A stretch of DNA of 64,000 bases from Rhodospirillales bacterium (GTDB lineage Bacteria; Pseudomonadota; Alphaproteobacteria; Bin95): contig JAYQLI010000035.1 of assembly GCA_038143065.1 (NCBI GenBank), positions 2,432,894 through 2,496,893 on the forward strand, written 5' to 3'. Both the position numbers and the translations under genes were made by a program. Of the stretch, positions 41,913 through 53,287 are shown piece by piece. The first letter of the stretch is position 1. Each line of letters starts with the position of its first letter. The notes below the pieces were generated by a model. It saw nothing but the letters and a program-made list of their open reading frames with translations, did no database searches and had not been told where the DNA came from.

Positions 41913-43132
41913 TTAGATAATTTTCTGATCGACAAAATTTTGAATTGCCTCTGCAGAATACCCAAGCTCTTCAAGAATGGCTTGGTTGTGTTCGCCCAAC
42001 TTAGGAGCTCGACCGAACGCAGGAGGTGTTTCTGAAAATTGCCATGGTGTACCGTGTACTTTTAGGGTTTCACCAATTTCTGGGTATTCCATTTCGGCAA
42101 TATAGCCATTGGCAATATTGTCTTCGTTGTTTGAAGCTTCCAGCAAGGTATTTACCGGTGCTGCGACGATATCTGCATTACGCAATGTTATTAGCATGTC
42201 GTCACGTCGGCCTTTCGAAAATAGGCCCCGTAAGGTTTCTAAAATCAGATCTTTCTTGTTTTCACCTACGAGGGCCAGTCCAAGATCACTTGCACCTCTT
42301 TGTTCAAGTGTGTCCCAGAAGCCAAGCGCATTCATGGCGGGCTGCCAGTCTTTTGCGTCTAGTTGCAAAACTAACGGCAGTCCATCGATATCATCAAATG
42401 TAGCCGCTATGCCTGGACGATTACGCGTGCCGTTAATTCTTGCGCCAGTTATAGGATTTTTGTTGCGCCACATAGTTGTGGTCAGTGTCCATCCCATCAA
42501 TCGGACAGCACTTCCTGCAAGTGATGTCTCCACTTTCTGACCAATGCCGGTTTCACGAGCATTGATGAGTGCAGCAAGTACACCCCAAAAGTGAGCATTG
42601 CGCAGGTTTCATCAGCTACTGACACAACGCCAGTCCGCATGGAACCACCTGGTTGGGAGTATGCTTCGGCAATCCCAGATAGGGCTTGTCCCACGGCGTC
42701 TGTCCCAGGAAGATTGGCGTGAGGACCGCGTGTGCCGTAAGCAGATACTGATGCATAAACAAGCTTAGGGTTAATCTTTTTTAAATCTTCATATCCAAAA
42801 CCGTTCCGTTCCGCTGCTCCAGGACGGAAATTCTGGCCGAAAATATCTGCTGTTTTGATAAGTCTATGAAGAATTTCCTGAGCCTCTGGTGTCTTCAGAT
42901 TTAGAGTTAGACTTTTCACGCCTCTATTATTGGTTTCAAAGAAAGATGAAATTTCACCATTCTCTCCTTTGATTTCACCGGCCTTTCTAGAGGGGTCCCC
43001 TCCATTGGGACTCTCAATTTTAATTACTTCCGCACCAAGGTCTGCCATCAGCATGTATGGGACTGTACCAGCCTGAGCAGTTGAGCAGGCAACTACACGG
43101 ATACCGTTTAAAGGGCCAAGTGATCCCGACAT
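41913..43132 (-). CDS. Family III CoA-transferase (CaiB/BaiF), frameshifted
   Basis: GPLNGIRV, ADLGAEVIKIE, NRGVKSLTLNLK, NFRPG, APKLGEH. Confidence 0.88.
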
Positions 43133-43223
43133 TCCAGGACAATCCTTTCAATGCATAGAAGGGCTAGTTTTATTCAATAATGCAAAAAATAAGCGTCTTG
43201 TTTAGTGTAGAGCTTAAGCTCGA

Positions 43224-43633
43224 TTAATGTCCGTCTGGTAATTCTGCCAATTCAATTAAGATATTTCCTGTTGCTTTTGGGTCTATAAAGGCGATGCGGC
43301 TTCCTCCATGTCCCGATCTTGGTTCTTTATCCAGCAACGCCACACCTTTTTCTTTTAATTCAGCAAGTGCGCCATCGATATCCTCTACTTCAAAGCAAAG
43401 ATGAAAAAGGCTTTGCCCTTTTCGTTGATCCAATCTTGCACTTTTGAGGAAGGGCCAACCGCTTCTAGAAGCTCGATGGATGTCTCGCCAACTGGATACA
43501 TTGCTAGCCGTGTTTCACCAATTTGCTCATCATAATCTTTTTTGAGACCAAAGATGTGTTCTAAGGCTTGCCCCTCTTTTTCCATATCATTGACTGCTAT
43601 CGCAATGTGTTCAACACGCTTTATCTTCACCAT
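43224..43633 (-). CDS. VOC-superfamily protein, methylmalonyl-CoA epimerase-like, frameshifted
   Basis: EHIAIAV, IELLE, LFHLCFEVEDI, IAFIDPKATGNILIEL. Confidence 0.8.
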
Positions 43634-43793
43634 ACCCTCCCTCTATTTGTAATGCTGAAGGAAAGCATGGAGTTGGTCGAGTAGCCATATCGTAGCTGAA
43701 ATAAAAAATATTTCTGTAACCTACATATTTTGCAAATCATCAAAATGTTTGCGTGGCGATCCATTTATTGAAGCAGTCTGTAACTTTAGCTTT

Positions 43794-44179
43794 TTAAATT
43801 TTAGTCTCCGGTCGCCACATCAAAACACTGGCAAATTTACCAAACTTTAGAGCCCCAAAAATTAGAGACAGATAAAGAATTAATTGTGAACTTTCTCCAC
43901 CTATTGAGATGCAAACTGCAACAAGACCGCCAATTAGTGTGAGAGCAATAGCCAGGGTGCGTGGGCTTTCCTTAGTTGCCTCAAGTGGATAAGCCCAGTT
44001 TCGCCATCCCTCTACAAGTGCAACAGCAACTAATACAATAGCAGTTCGCAAATCGAACTCAAAAGCTTCCTTCGCGGCTCCAATCAAGCTCTTATCTAAA
44101 CTGACTACGATGAACCCGACGATAGGCGGAAGAAGAGACCATTTCAGAGGGCTCTAACGTCTGGACCGTGACGCTTCAT
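43794..44179 (-). CDS. Small hypothetical membrane protein, probable N-terminal frameshift
   Basis: Hydrophobic 3-4 TM ORF 43794..44087; an ATG at 44179 overlaps the MaoC stop (TGATG) but is out of frame by one indel. Confidence 0.5.
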
Positions 44180-45309
44180 CAAGTATTTCGGCTTGGCAAT
44201 TCCACCAAACCCGTTCCAATCACTGAGAGCTCATTATCTTGTTGGCGAGCTTCTTGTGAAATTTCAATGAGATGACGTCCTTTCTCAATACGTTTGTCTT
44301 TTACAGTCCCACGTATGACCAGGAGGTCTCCCTCGGGGTTGTGACGGCGAATTTTGCAGGACGCTTTTCGTAAAAACCCATGGTCTCCCATCCAATCAGT
44401 AAGGTGATGAGTTAACCATGAGCAGCGCTCTGGTCCGTAGTCATAAGCCCCGGGTGTTCCGACTTGTCGAGCGAATTCCTCTTCCCAATGTACACGTTCA
44501 GGGCAATCTGGAATGTTGAATTTATTTACGATTCCAAGACCAGGATGGGCATCTATTTGTTTCCATGCAATGCGATTGGCGCGAATGTAAAGGCCGCCCC
44601 ATCCCTGAGCGTACGCAATAAAACCAGTAACGGTCATAGGGCCTTTGGGCATTGTAGGTAATTCATCACCAACATTTACATCTTCCCAATATCTGGGCTC
44701 TGACCCACGAGGCTTTTCTGCTGCATAAAGATTGTAGAATTCTTCCAGCTCCTCCTTGGTGTACTGACGAACGCCTTTTTCGCGAACTTCGGTGTATTTA
44801 ACCCCGCGTTCTCTGGCTGCGTCTCGTTCTGTCCTAAAACACCAACTGTCAGCTTCAGCCAGTAGCTCATTTCGCTGATTATAGAAATCGACATGATAGA
44901 TTTGTTGGATAGCACGACCGGCAAACTTGGTATCGTGTGAAATAAGATCCTTGAGATGGGCTTCTGTTCTAATCTCATCATTTCTGCGTATTGGAGCGTG
45001 CCATGACCAGTCAGCTCCCGCCCACATAGCATGAACACCAGGGAGCCCGCCTACGTACCCCGATATAATTCTGCTTGTTGAGAATAGGAAACTGGGAAGC
45101 GCTGTTATTCCGCCAAAACGGCTTTTTTCAGCGTATTCAGGATTGCACCAAAGTGGATTGTCATCGCCAATTCCGTGAGCGTAGTGACGGATATTGTCTC
45201 GGGTTGCCTCATGGCACCATGGCTCTAAGGAGCCAACAATGGGCACGCCAATTCGCCGCTTAAGATCGTTTAAGCCATCATCGGTGATAACAGGGAAAAG
45301 ATCACTCAT
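44179..45309 (-). CDS. Tandem hotdog-fold (MaoC/FAS1-like) dehydratase
   Basis: IRHYAHGIGDDNPLW in domain 1; YWEDVNVGDELP and ERVHWE in domain 2. Confidence 0.82.
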   Translation of the reverse strand: MSDLFPVITDDGLNDLKRRIGVPIVGSLEPWCHEATRDNIRHYAHGIGDDNPLWCNPEYAEKSRFGGITALPSFLFSTSRIISGYVGGLPGVHAMWAGADWSWHAPIRRNDEIRTEAHLKDLISHDTKFAGRAIQQIYHVDFYNQRNELLAEADSWCFRTERDAARERGVKYTEVREKGVRQYTKEELEEFYNLYAAEKPRGSEPRYWEDVNVGDELPTMPKGPMTVTGFIAYAQGWGGLYIRANRIAWKQIDAHPGLGIVNKFNIPDCPERVHWEEEFARQVGTPGAYDYGPERCSWLTHHLTDWMGDHGFLRKASCKIRRHNPEGDLLVIRGTVKDKRIEKGRHLIEISQEARQQDNELSVIGTGLVELPSRNT

Positions 45310-45312
45310 GTG

Positions 45313-46881
45313 TTATTTCTCTTCTGATTTCGAACGTTCTCGGTCTCTGAGAACCTTACGATTGACCTTGCCGGCCGGGGTTTTGGTAGCTCTTCAACAA
45401 ATTCAATGAGCCTCGGATATTCGTGCTGAGAGAGGCGCTCTCTGACCATATTTTGCACCTCATCCACAAGATCTAAGTTATTGCGTTTGGCAACCAGGAA
45501 AGCCTTTACTACATGCCCTCGTGTGGGATCGGGTACCCCAATACAAGCGGCTTCCAATACATCATCATGTCGAAGGATGGCATCTTCGATTTCAACAGCA
45601 CTCATAGTCCAGCCTGCTGAGATGATTACGTCGTCTGCTCGACCGCCATGGAAAAAATAACCATCATTATCCTTGCGACCAAGATCTTTAGTGGGAAACC
45701 ATTGGCCTCGCCTCTCCACAACTATCTCCCCAGTTTCGTTGGGGTTAGCTTCTGATCCATCTGGGCGATGAATACGGACATCCACACCTGGTGGTGGTTT
45801 GCCAAGAGAGCCAGGTTTCATCTCAAAATCAATTGCGCCAGGGTAGGAGACCAGTATCACTCCAACTTCCGTGGTGCCATACATGCTTCGAGGGCGTTGA
45901 TTAAGAGCAATCTCACAGAAATTTGCAGTCTCGCTATCGATAGGCTCGCCGGTGAAGGTGAGTTTTTCTAGCTTAAGGTTTTGAAGCTCCAGTTCCTCCG
46001 TATTCATCATTAGCCTGTAATGAGTTGCAGCGGCTGAGAGGTTTGTTGTGCCAAAGTCTTGCATGGCCTGAACAAGACGTTTCGGATCGAAACGGCCGGC
46101 GTAGGACATTGTCTCTACACCAAGAGCCAATGGCGCGAGAGTGCCATGCCATAATCCATGTCCCCAAGCGATGGACGAAGGGCAGCAAAAACGGTCACCA
46201 GGCCGAATGCCAGTGCCATATAATGCAGCAGACATTAAGGTTACTAAACTTCGATGCGTATGGCGGATTGCATCGGGTAGCTCACGAGTTGTGCCAGACG
46301 TATACTGAAAACAGGCAAGGTCATCTCCCTTAGTTTCCCATGAGAATTGACTTTGTTGAGCAGCCATTTGCTTTTCAAATTCAGGCCCGGTTACCCATAA
46401 CTTGAGATTTGAAAAGCCTTTCGCTATTGGCATTTTTTCAGAATTAGTGAGCAGAGCGGCTGGTTTGCAATCCTCAATCCGAAGCTTGAGGCCATCTTCC
46501 CCAAACAATGTGAATAGAGGGACTGCAATGCAGCCAGCTTTCATGCAACCAAAGAGGGCGACATAATAGGCTTCCTCTGGCTCTAACATGATAGCTACAC
46601 GCTCGCCCCGCCCGAATCCCTTCTGCTTTCAGAAGGTTTGCAAACTGATTAGAGCGCTCAGCCAATTGCTGAAATGTAAGGGTGTCATTGCGCCCATCAG
46701 CATGAACTATGCGAACGGCCACTCTTTCTGATGAAGTTGCATGTCTATCAACGCATTCATGAGCAATGTTGAAACAGTCTCTATTCCCGTCATACAGCTC
46801 CCATAGTCCTTCCGGTTTGAAATGCAGATGAGCATCGCTGTAGGTTGTGAAGTCCGTTAGCCTTACCAAGGACTGATCCAT
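45313..46881 (-). CDS. Acyl/aryl-CoA synthetase (AMP-forming), frameshifted
   Basis: FNIAHECVDRHA, QYTSGTT, MYGTTE, GRADDVIISAG; shifted C-terminus PKTPAGKVNR. Confidence 0.88.
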
Positions 46882-46925
46882 TCTGCCTGTTGTCGTGAGA
46901 TTAGTTTCTATCTTTGGGTTGTTTG

Positions 46926-47398
46926 TTAGACAGGGATTCAAGGAGTACGTCTATCCTGCGGCTTTCCAGAACAACTATGCGTTCCTTGAATTTTAGCTCG
47001 GTGCCATCTTCTACCAAGCGATCAAGATATTTCCCCGCAAGGAAGAGGCTCATTTCTCCGTCTTGCATTGTTCGGATTACCTGAAAATTAGTTCGTCCTT
47101 TGATTTCGCCATTCTCTTCAGTGTAACGGGCTCGCGACAGGATGTGACAGTAGGTATGGGGCTCGAAGATATTAGCAGTACGAAGAGCTAATACTCGATC
47201 TCTCATCATGCCTGCGGTGTTGCAATAAAATATACCCATAGGTAAGCCAGCTTCGTGGTTTTCACGGGTTACAATTTTATAAATTGCATCCTCGGTGAAA
47301 TAGCCAGGCCACGCCTCGAGGTCGCCGTCATCAAGTGTATGAGTGTAGTCAGCCTGGAAGTCATCCAACCGCTCACGAAGATCGTCATCTATCACCAT
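46926..47398 (-). CDS. Aromatic ring-hydroxylating oxygenase beta subunit (TphA3/AndAd/NagH-like)
   Basis: LDDGDLEAWPGYF, RENHEAGLP, MMRDRVLALRTANIFEPH, GKYLD; C-terminal indel. Confidence 0.88.
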
Positions 47399-48655
47399 TA
47401 GAAGCCCATAATTCTGCGGTAACCTGTCCAGAAACCTCGTATGGCGGCCTCAGTCGCGCGAGAATTTTCGGAGCTTTCCGCATCTCGGCCACCATTTCCA
47501 TAAAGGCGCGTTTATCTTCCGAACCTCGAGCGCCGCGCTGAACAAAATTGTTAATGCAACCGTCCTCCATTGAAACAAGGCCAGAAGACCCAGTCAGGTT
47601 CACTTGCATAACACGTTTTTCAGTCTCTTCAGGAGTGTCATCTTCATAGCCAAGGTAGATCCAGAAAAGCTCTGTTTTATCTTGGCCGCGTGGCAAATAA
47701 TGCCGCACGCATAGTGAATTCAAGGTAAAGTGTATGCAGAGGTTTGGAAAAAACGCTTGAATAGAATGAGTGATGCCATCATCAAACTCATCCCAAGTAT
47801 CTAAGAGCTGAGGGCCCTCTAACTTATTTTCATATTGAGCAGAGTGGACTCCAGCGTTTTTATATTCTTCGTCTTCGTTGAAGGTTTTGCGTTTTGCATA
47901 AGAAATGTGATGCCACTTGTCTGGAGCAATGATAATGCCGCCATCCATATCAAGGCGGTTTACCTTAAAGGTTGTGTAAAATGTGTGGAGCAGCGTTGCA
48001 TGATAGGCATCGCGAAGATTCTCGGCGTACAACATCCAATTATTGTGGATGATTTGGCTCTGTACACCGAGAGGTTTAAGCTTCCGTCCAAGGTTTCGGC
48101 GGACAAAGTCCGCCATTGTTTTTCCAAGAAAATCCTCGACTGGTGGAGTTTCGTCGGAAAAAGTTCGAAAACCATTCCGCAGAAAACTTCCACCCTTACA
48201 GGTTGCAACCGATGCTGGTTCATGTCGAAGTCATCAGGCATGCCGCCCTTGCCACCGACGCCGTTTTTGAAGGCAAGGCCAATAAGTTTGCCGTCTAATC
48301 CATAATTCCAGGAATGATATACGCAGGTTAGTGCTTTGGCGTTACCACGTTCTTTTAAGCAAACCAGAGCGCCTTTGTGAGCGCATCTATTGACCATAGC
48401 ATTTACGGTGCCCGTGCGATCGCGGGTAACAATCACAGGAGTTTCACCGACAAAAGTTGTCTTGAAGTCCCCCGGCTCAGCTACATCGAATTCCATGCAA
48501 AGGAAATTCCAGACGGGCCCTTTGAAAATTTTCTCTTGTTCTAGTTTGTAGATTTCAGGATCGAAAAATAATCGGTAAGGAATCCGCGAGATGCCTTCCT
48601 TTGGCCAAATGAAGGGTTCGGACAACTCTTCTTGGTTTTGCTTGTTTGCTAACAT
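47398..48655 (-). CDS. Rieske ring-hydroxylating oxygenase alpha subunit (terephthalate/anthranilate/salicylate-5-hydroxylase class), two frameshifts
   Basis: Rieske NRCAHKG...CVYHSW; mononuclear Fe site ENLRDAYHATLLH and SMEDG; shifted C-terminus SRATEAAIRGFWTGYR; TAATG overlap with the beta subunit. Confidence 0.9.
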
Positions 48656-48657
48656 TT

Positions 48658-49580
48658 TCAATCCTCTAAACCGTCTCGAGGGCCAAGTTTAACGCCCGCC
48701 ATTTTTTCGTAAAGCGTGATAACGCTCGAACTATCCAATTTGCCCAGGCCATTTGCCTTTGCCATCTGAAAGATCTAGAGGCTAACATTAGCTAAGAACA
48801 TTGGCACCCCCAAATGCTTGGCAAAGTCTGTTTGAAGTGTTTGGTCTTTAATGGTTATGTCTATGGTGCCCCCTGGCCGAAAGTCGCCTTTGATAAATTG
48901 TGGTGCGCGCATTTCGAGTGCGGTGGATGCGCCTGTTGATACCCGCATCACTTCAAACATGGCCTGAGGGTCCAGGCCGGCCTTAGCACCCATCACGAAT
49001 GCTTCAGCAAGAGCTGCGGTTGTTGTCTGGATCATCATGTTGTTTACATGTTTCATGGCCAATCCTTGGCCAATTTCACCCATATGGAATATTCGTGATG
49101 AATAGGCTTCGATGATTGGTCGAACTTTCTCGAGGGTTTCAGCTTTTCCTCCAATAATTGCCGATAGATCGCCCTCATCAGCCCTTTTCCAGCCGCCAGA
49201 TACAGGAGCGTCTAGTATACCAACTCCTTTGTCCGCTAAAATTTTATCCCAGCTTTTTACAGCTGTGGGATCATTGTGGCTGATGAGATCACCACGTCTC
49301 CCTGACGGAGAGCTGGAAGAAATCCATTCTCACCCATGATAACTTCTTCAGACTGAGCGGTTGTCTCCACCATACAGATCAGTATTGCGGCCTTATCAGC
49401 TACTTCACGCGCGGAAAAAGCACGCCCGGCACCTTTTGAGACAATGTCATCTAATGCGGTTTTGTCTAAATCAAAAGCAATGACTGGATGACCTTTTTTT
49501 ATGATGTTTCCGGCCATTCCTCCACCCATGACGCCGACGCCAACAATGCCTATCGTTGATCCTCTATTCCCCTCAGCCAT
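48658..49580 (-). CDS. 3-hydroxyisobutyrate dehydrogenase family oxidoreductase, two frameshifts
   Basis: VGVGVMGGGMA, LDAPVSGG (middle frame), MKHVNN, KDQ. Confidence 0.85.
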
Positions 49581-49796
49581 GCTTTTGTTCCTTTCAAGTC
49601 AGTCATCTGCATTTCAAAGAGAGAATGCCGAAATGCAAGCTTTGGTACTTTACGACGGGAATACTCCTGTCTAGGCTTTGAATCTTTCACACCCAACTGA
49701 CGTGTTTGGTTGGGTGGTTCGCTACAGGTACTGAAGAGAAAAGGGCGCGTCATAGACGCTACAGCCAGCAGCATAACAACTGAGGAGGAAACGCAT

Positions 49797-50954
49797 ATGC
49801 GTAAAGCAATGATCTCAATTGCAGTTTCTGCGGTTGCTGCTGCTGGAATAGCAGCAGGTGCTGTAGCTGCAGAAGTTAAACTGCCAAAAAATCTCTCGTG
49901 GACAGCCTATGGAACAACATCGTCCGGTTATGCCCAGTCAGTAGGACTGGGGAATATGTTGAAGGCAAAGTACGGCACTGAGGTTCGTATTATTCCTGGG
50001 AAAAACGATGTATCCCGTATGCTGCCTTTAAAGGCTGGTCAGGCTGAATTGTGCGCATGTGGTATTGCCGCTTACTTCAGTGGTGAAGGCGTTTTAATGT
50101 TTGCTGATGAAAAGTGGGGGCCGCAGCCATTGCGAAACCTTTTCAATAATAACGGTAGACATGGAACCGTTAGTGCGGCCATTGCTGATGACGTTGGTGT
50201 TAAGTCCTTACAAGACCTTAAAGGTAAGCGTGTCGCGTGGGTGAAAGGTTCGCCAGCTCTTCAAACAAACATGACTTCCATTCTCGCTTATGCGGGGCTT
50301 ACTTGGGACGAAGTCGTCAAAGTAGAGGTTCCAGGCTACGGCCAGTCCATGCAAGCCATTCTTGATGGCCAAGCTGATGTGGCCATGGGAAGCTCTATAT
50401 CTTCAATTTATAACCAGATTGCAGCTAGCCCCCGAGGCTTGTTTGTTCCTAACTTCCCGCACAGCGATAAGGAAGCGTGGGCAAGAATGAACAAAGTTGC
50501 ACCTTATGTCGCCAAAACTAAGGTGGAGCTTGCCATCAACGGTGAAAACAATCCTTCTGGAAAGCTTCCTTATGAAGGAGCTGGATATGCGTATCCAATT
50601 TTCGTTAGCTTGGCTCGAGTTAGTGATGATGTAGCCTATGGTTTAACCAAAGCCGTCATGGACAACTATGAGAGCTTTAAGGATGCTGGTCCTGGTATGG
50701 ACGGTTACAAGGTTGAAAATCAGAACTTCCAATGGGCTTTTCCATATCACACTGGCGCAATTCAGTACTACAAGGAGGCAGGAGTTTGGACTGCGGAAGA
50801 CCAAGCTCATACCGACATGTTGTTGAAGCGTGAATCAATCTTGGCTAATGCCTGGAAGAAAACTAAGAGCGAAGGTTTCAGTAGTGCTAAATGGCTTGCC
50901 AACCGTTCAGCTGCTCTGAAAGCAGCTGGAATGGATGCTCCATTCAGCGAATAA
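49797..50954 (+). CDS. TAXI-family TRAP transporter substrate-binding protein
   Basis: Signal peptide MRKAMISIAVSAVAAAG after RBS GAGGAGG; WTAYGTTSSGY, DLKGKRVAW, PYHTGAIQYYKEAG. Confidence 0.88.
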   Translation: MRKAMISIAVSAVAAAGIAAGAVAAEVKLPKNLSWTAYGTTSSGYAQSVGLGNMLKAKYGTEVRIIPGKNDVSRMLPLKAGQAELCACGIAAYFSGEGVLMFADEKWGPQPLRNLFNNNGRHGTVSAAIADDVGVKSLQDLKGKRVAWVKGSPALQTNMTSILAYAGLTWDEVVKVEVPGYGQSMQAILDGQADVAMGSSISSIYNQIAASPRGLFVPNFPHSDKEAWARMNKVAPYVAKTKVELAINGENNPSGKLPYEGAGYAYPIFVSLARVSDDVAYGLTKAVMDNYESFKDAGPGMDGYKVENQNFQWAFPYHTGAIQYYKEAGVWTAEDQAHTDMLLKRESILANAWKKTKSEGFSSAKWLANRSAALKAAGMDAPFSE

Positions 50955-50991
50955 ACATAATCTTTGGCCTCAAGGTCTTAGATGCAAGTGG

Positions 50992-51026
50992 ATCGGGCGC
51001 AGTTTTCTGCGCCCGATTTGCTTTGT
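50992..51026 (+). terminator. Hairpin after the TAXI binding-protein gene (terminator or mRNA stabiliser)
   Basis: Perfect 11-bp stem ATCGGGCGCAG/CTGCGCCCGAT, TTTT loop, followed by TTGCTTTGT. Confidence 0.7.
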
Positions 51027-51241
51027 AGGTTCATCATTGGTCCAAGCACTTTTCTAAAATCTGTCAAATTGATGTTTCTAAGCTTTACGGTGCTTAAGAA
51101 CACCAATACGATTTCTCAAATAAAAAATGTAGGACGAGGAGTTTTCCGGAGCAAATCGCCTGCGAATAAAAAAGCGTCGTCAAAGACTGGTGTTAAGCCG
51201 GCACATTTATTTAAAGCGCTATACACACGGGGAAGAGTCTT

Positions 51242-53283
51242 ATGAACGCGAATAATCAACCAGATCAAGCTATTACCGCCGAAGAAGCCGTAGAGCAGTC
51301 AGAGGTTAATGTTAGCCGCCATCGTCAGCTTTCAAAGTTTTGGTGGACCTGGCTTTTAATCGCATCCATTGGTTCAGTCCTTGTATCGATTTATGTGATT
51401 TTTGGTCTCGGAAATCGATTGGGAGCCTACGTTCCTCTAGAGACCGAGTATTTTTATGTAATGCTTGGCATGTTGTTGCCGCTTGTCTTTTGCTGTTTCC
51501 ATTCAAGTCGTTGGCGCCTGGGTCGGTAGAGTCAGGGAATGTGCCTTGGTATGATATTTTGTTGGCGGCTATTACAATTGCTTTGTCCGTCTATTTTGTT
51601 CTGCACGGCGAAGAAATTTTACAAGATGGTTGGGAGTATTTGCCTCCGGATACGGCAGAGTACTGCGCCTATGCGATGTGGTTGATCGTGTTGGAAGCAA
51701 CAAGGCGAACGGGTGGTACAGCTATCTTTGTCATCTGCCTGATATTTTCTGTTTATCCCGTATTCGCAGATGTAATGCCTGGTGTTTTGCAGGGCCAGCC
51801 AACAAGTTGGACTATCACGTCGGCTTTTTACATTTATGGCACAGAAGGCGTTCTTGGTATTCCTATGCGGGCTTTTGCCAATCTTGTGGTTGGTTTCCTC
51901 GTCTTTGGCGTTGCATTGCAATATACCGGTGGAGGGGCTTTTTTCCTCAATCTAGCATTTGCATTGTTGGGTAAATTTCGAGGCGGTCCTGCAAAAGTTG
52001 CAATCTTTTCTTCAGGTCTCATGGGTTCCATGTCGGGGTCCGTTATCACAAACGTCCTAACTACGGGTGTTATGACAATTCCGGCGATGAAAAGGGTTGG
52101 TTTTCGCTCGACCTATGCCGGAGGTGTCGAAGCCTGTGCATCAACAGGTGGTGTTCTCATGCCTCCAGTGATGGGTGCAACAGCATTCGTGATGGCGACG
52201 TTCTTAGAAGTCTCTTACGCAGAAATTGTGATCGCAGCGGTATTTCCTTCTCTGCTCTATTACTTCGGCCTTTTCATGCAGATTGATGCTTATTCGGCTC
52301 GCTACGGTCTTAAGGGTTTGCCTGTGGTTGAGCTTCCAAAAATTATGGATGTGCTTAAGACCGGATGGTACTTCATATTTGTTTTGGCAATGCTGGTGGT
52401 GATGCTTCTATACATGCTGCGTGAGGCGCAGGCACCTTATTACGCCACTGTGACGCTTTTAATTATTAATCAGCTATCACGGCACCATCGTTGGAACATA
52501 GCGCGTCTTATGGATTTCTTGATGGGTGTGGGCAAACTTTTTACAGAGCTGGCAGGCCTTTTGGCAGGTGTTGGACTCATTATTGGTGCTCTGATGCTCT
52601 CTGGAAAAATTGGCAGCCTAGCGTTCGACTTGGTTCAATTGGCGGGAGAAAATATATTCTTACTGCTCATAATGGGAGCAGTAACTAGCTTTATACTTGG
52701 CATAGGTATGACAGTGACAGCTGCTTATTTGTTCCTCGCAGTCACTGTCGGTCCTGCTCTCATCCAAGGTGGCTTGGATAAAATAGCCGTGCACCTTTTC
52801 CTTCTATACTGGGGAATGATTTCATTCATCACGCCGCCAGTTGCAATAGGCGCTTTCGCGGCGGCGACTGTGGCGCAGTCCAATCCAATGAAAACTGGTC
52901 TGGAGGCCATGCGGCTTGGCAGTATTATCTATTTTGTTCCCTTTTTCTTCGTTCTCAATCCTGCCTTGATAGGTAGAGGTGAACCAATGGAAGTTTTGGT
53001 GACATTTGGTGCGGCTGTTATTGGTGTCATTTTAGTGGCGGCCGCTCTCCAGGGCTACCTTGTTGGCGTGGGTCGGTTAGGAGCTGCTGATAATCCAGTG
53101 AGTTGGATTTGTCGCTTATTATTAATGGCGGCTGGAGTACTTATGATGATGCCTGGTGGCGATCTTGTGGGTGTTGAACATGCTACCCTTAACGTGATTG
53201 CTGCTGTTCTAGCTGTGGTCTCCGTGATCTTAGCTCGTCTTTTCCGTCGTCGACAATTGGCGGGTGGCATGCAAGAGGAGTAG
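51242..53283 (+). CDS. TRAP transporter fused 4TM/12TM permease, one frameshift
   Basis: LEATRRTGG, GGPAKVAIFSSGLMGSMSGS, EACASTGGVLMPPVMGA, SFITPPVA; N-terminus in frame 51242, joined near 51490. Confidence 0.9.
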
Positions 53284-53287
53284 CTAA

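Noticed and set aside
44140-44179. In-frame TGA after ATG 44179 as a selenocysteine codon, given mnmH in the window
   Set aside because: Read-through meets a TAG 13 codons later, and the hydrophobic ORF continues in another frame; an indel explains it.
46926-48655. Calling the oxygenase a true terephthalate dioxygenase (tphA2A3) or a PET-degradation locus
   Set aside because: Similarity is from memory only, tphB, tphA1 and tphC are absent, and several pocket segments differ; substrate left unassigned.
50982-51245. 87-aa ORF between the TAXI binding protein and the permease
   Set aside because: It runs through the terminator-like hairpin, has no clear RBS and no recognisable features.
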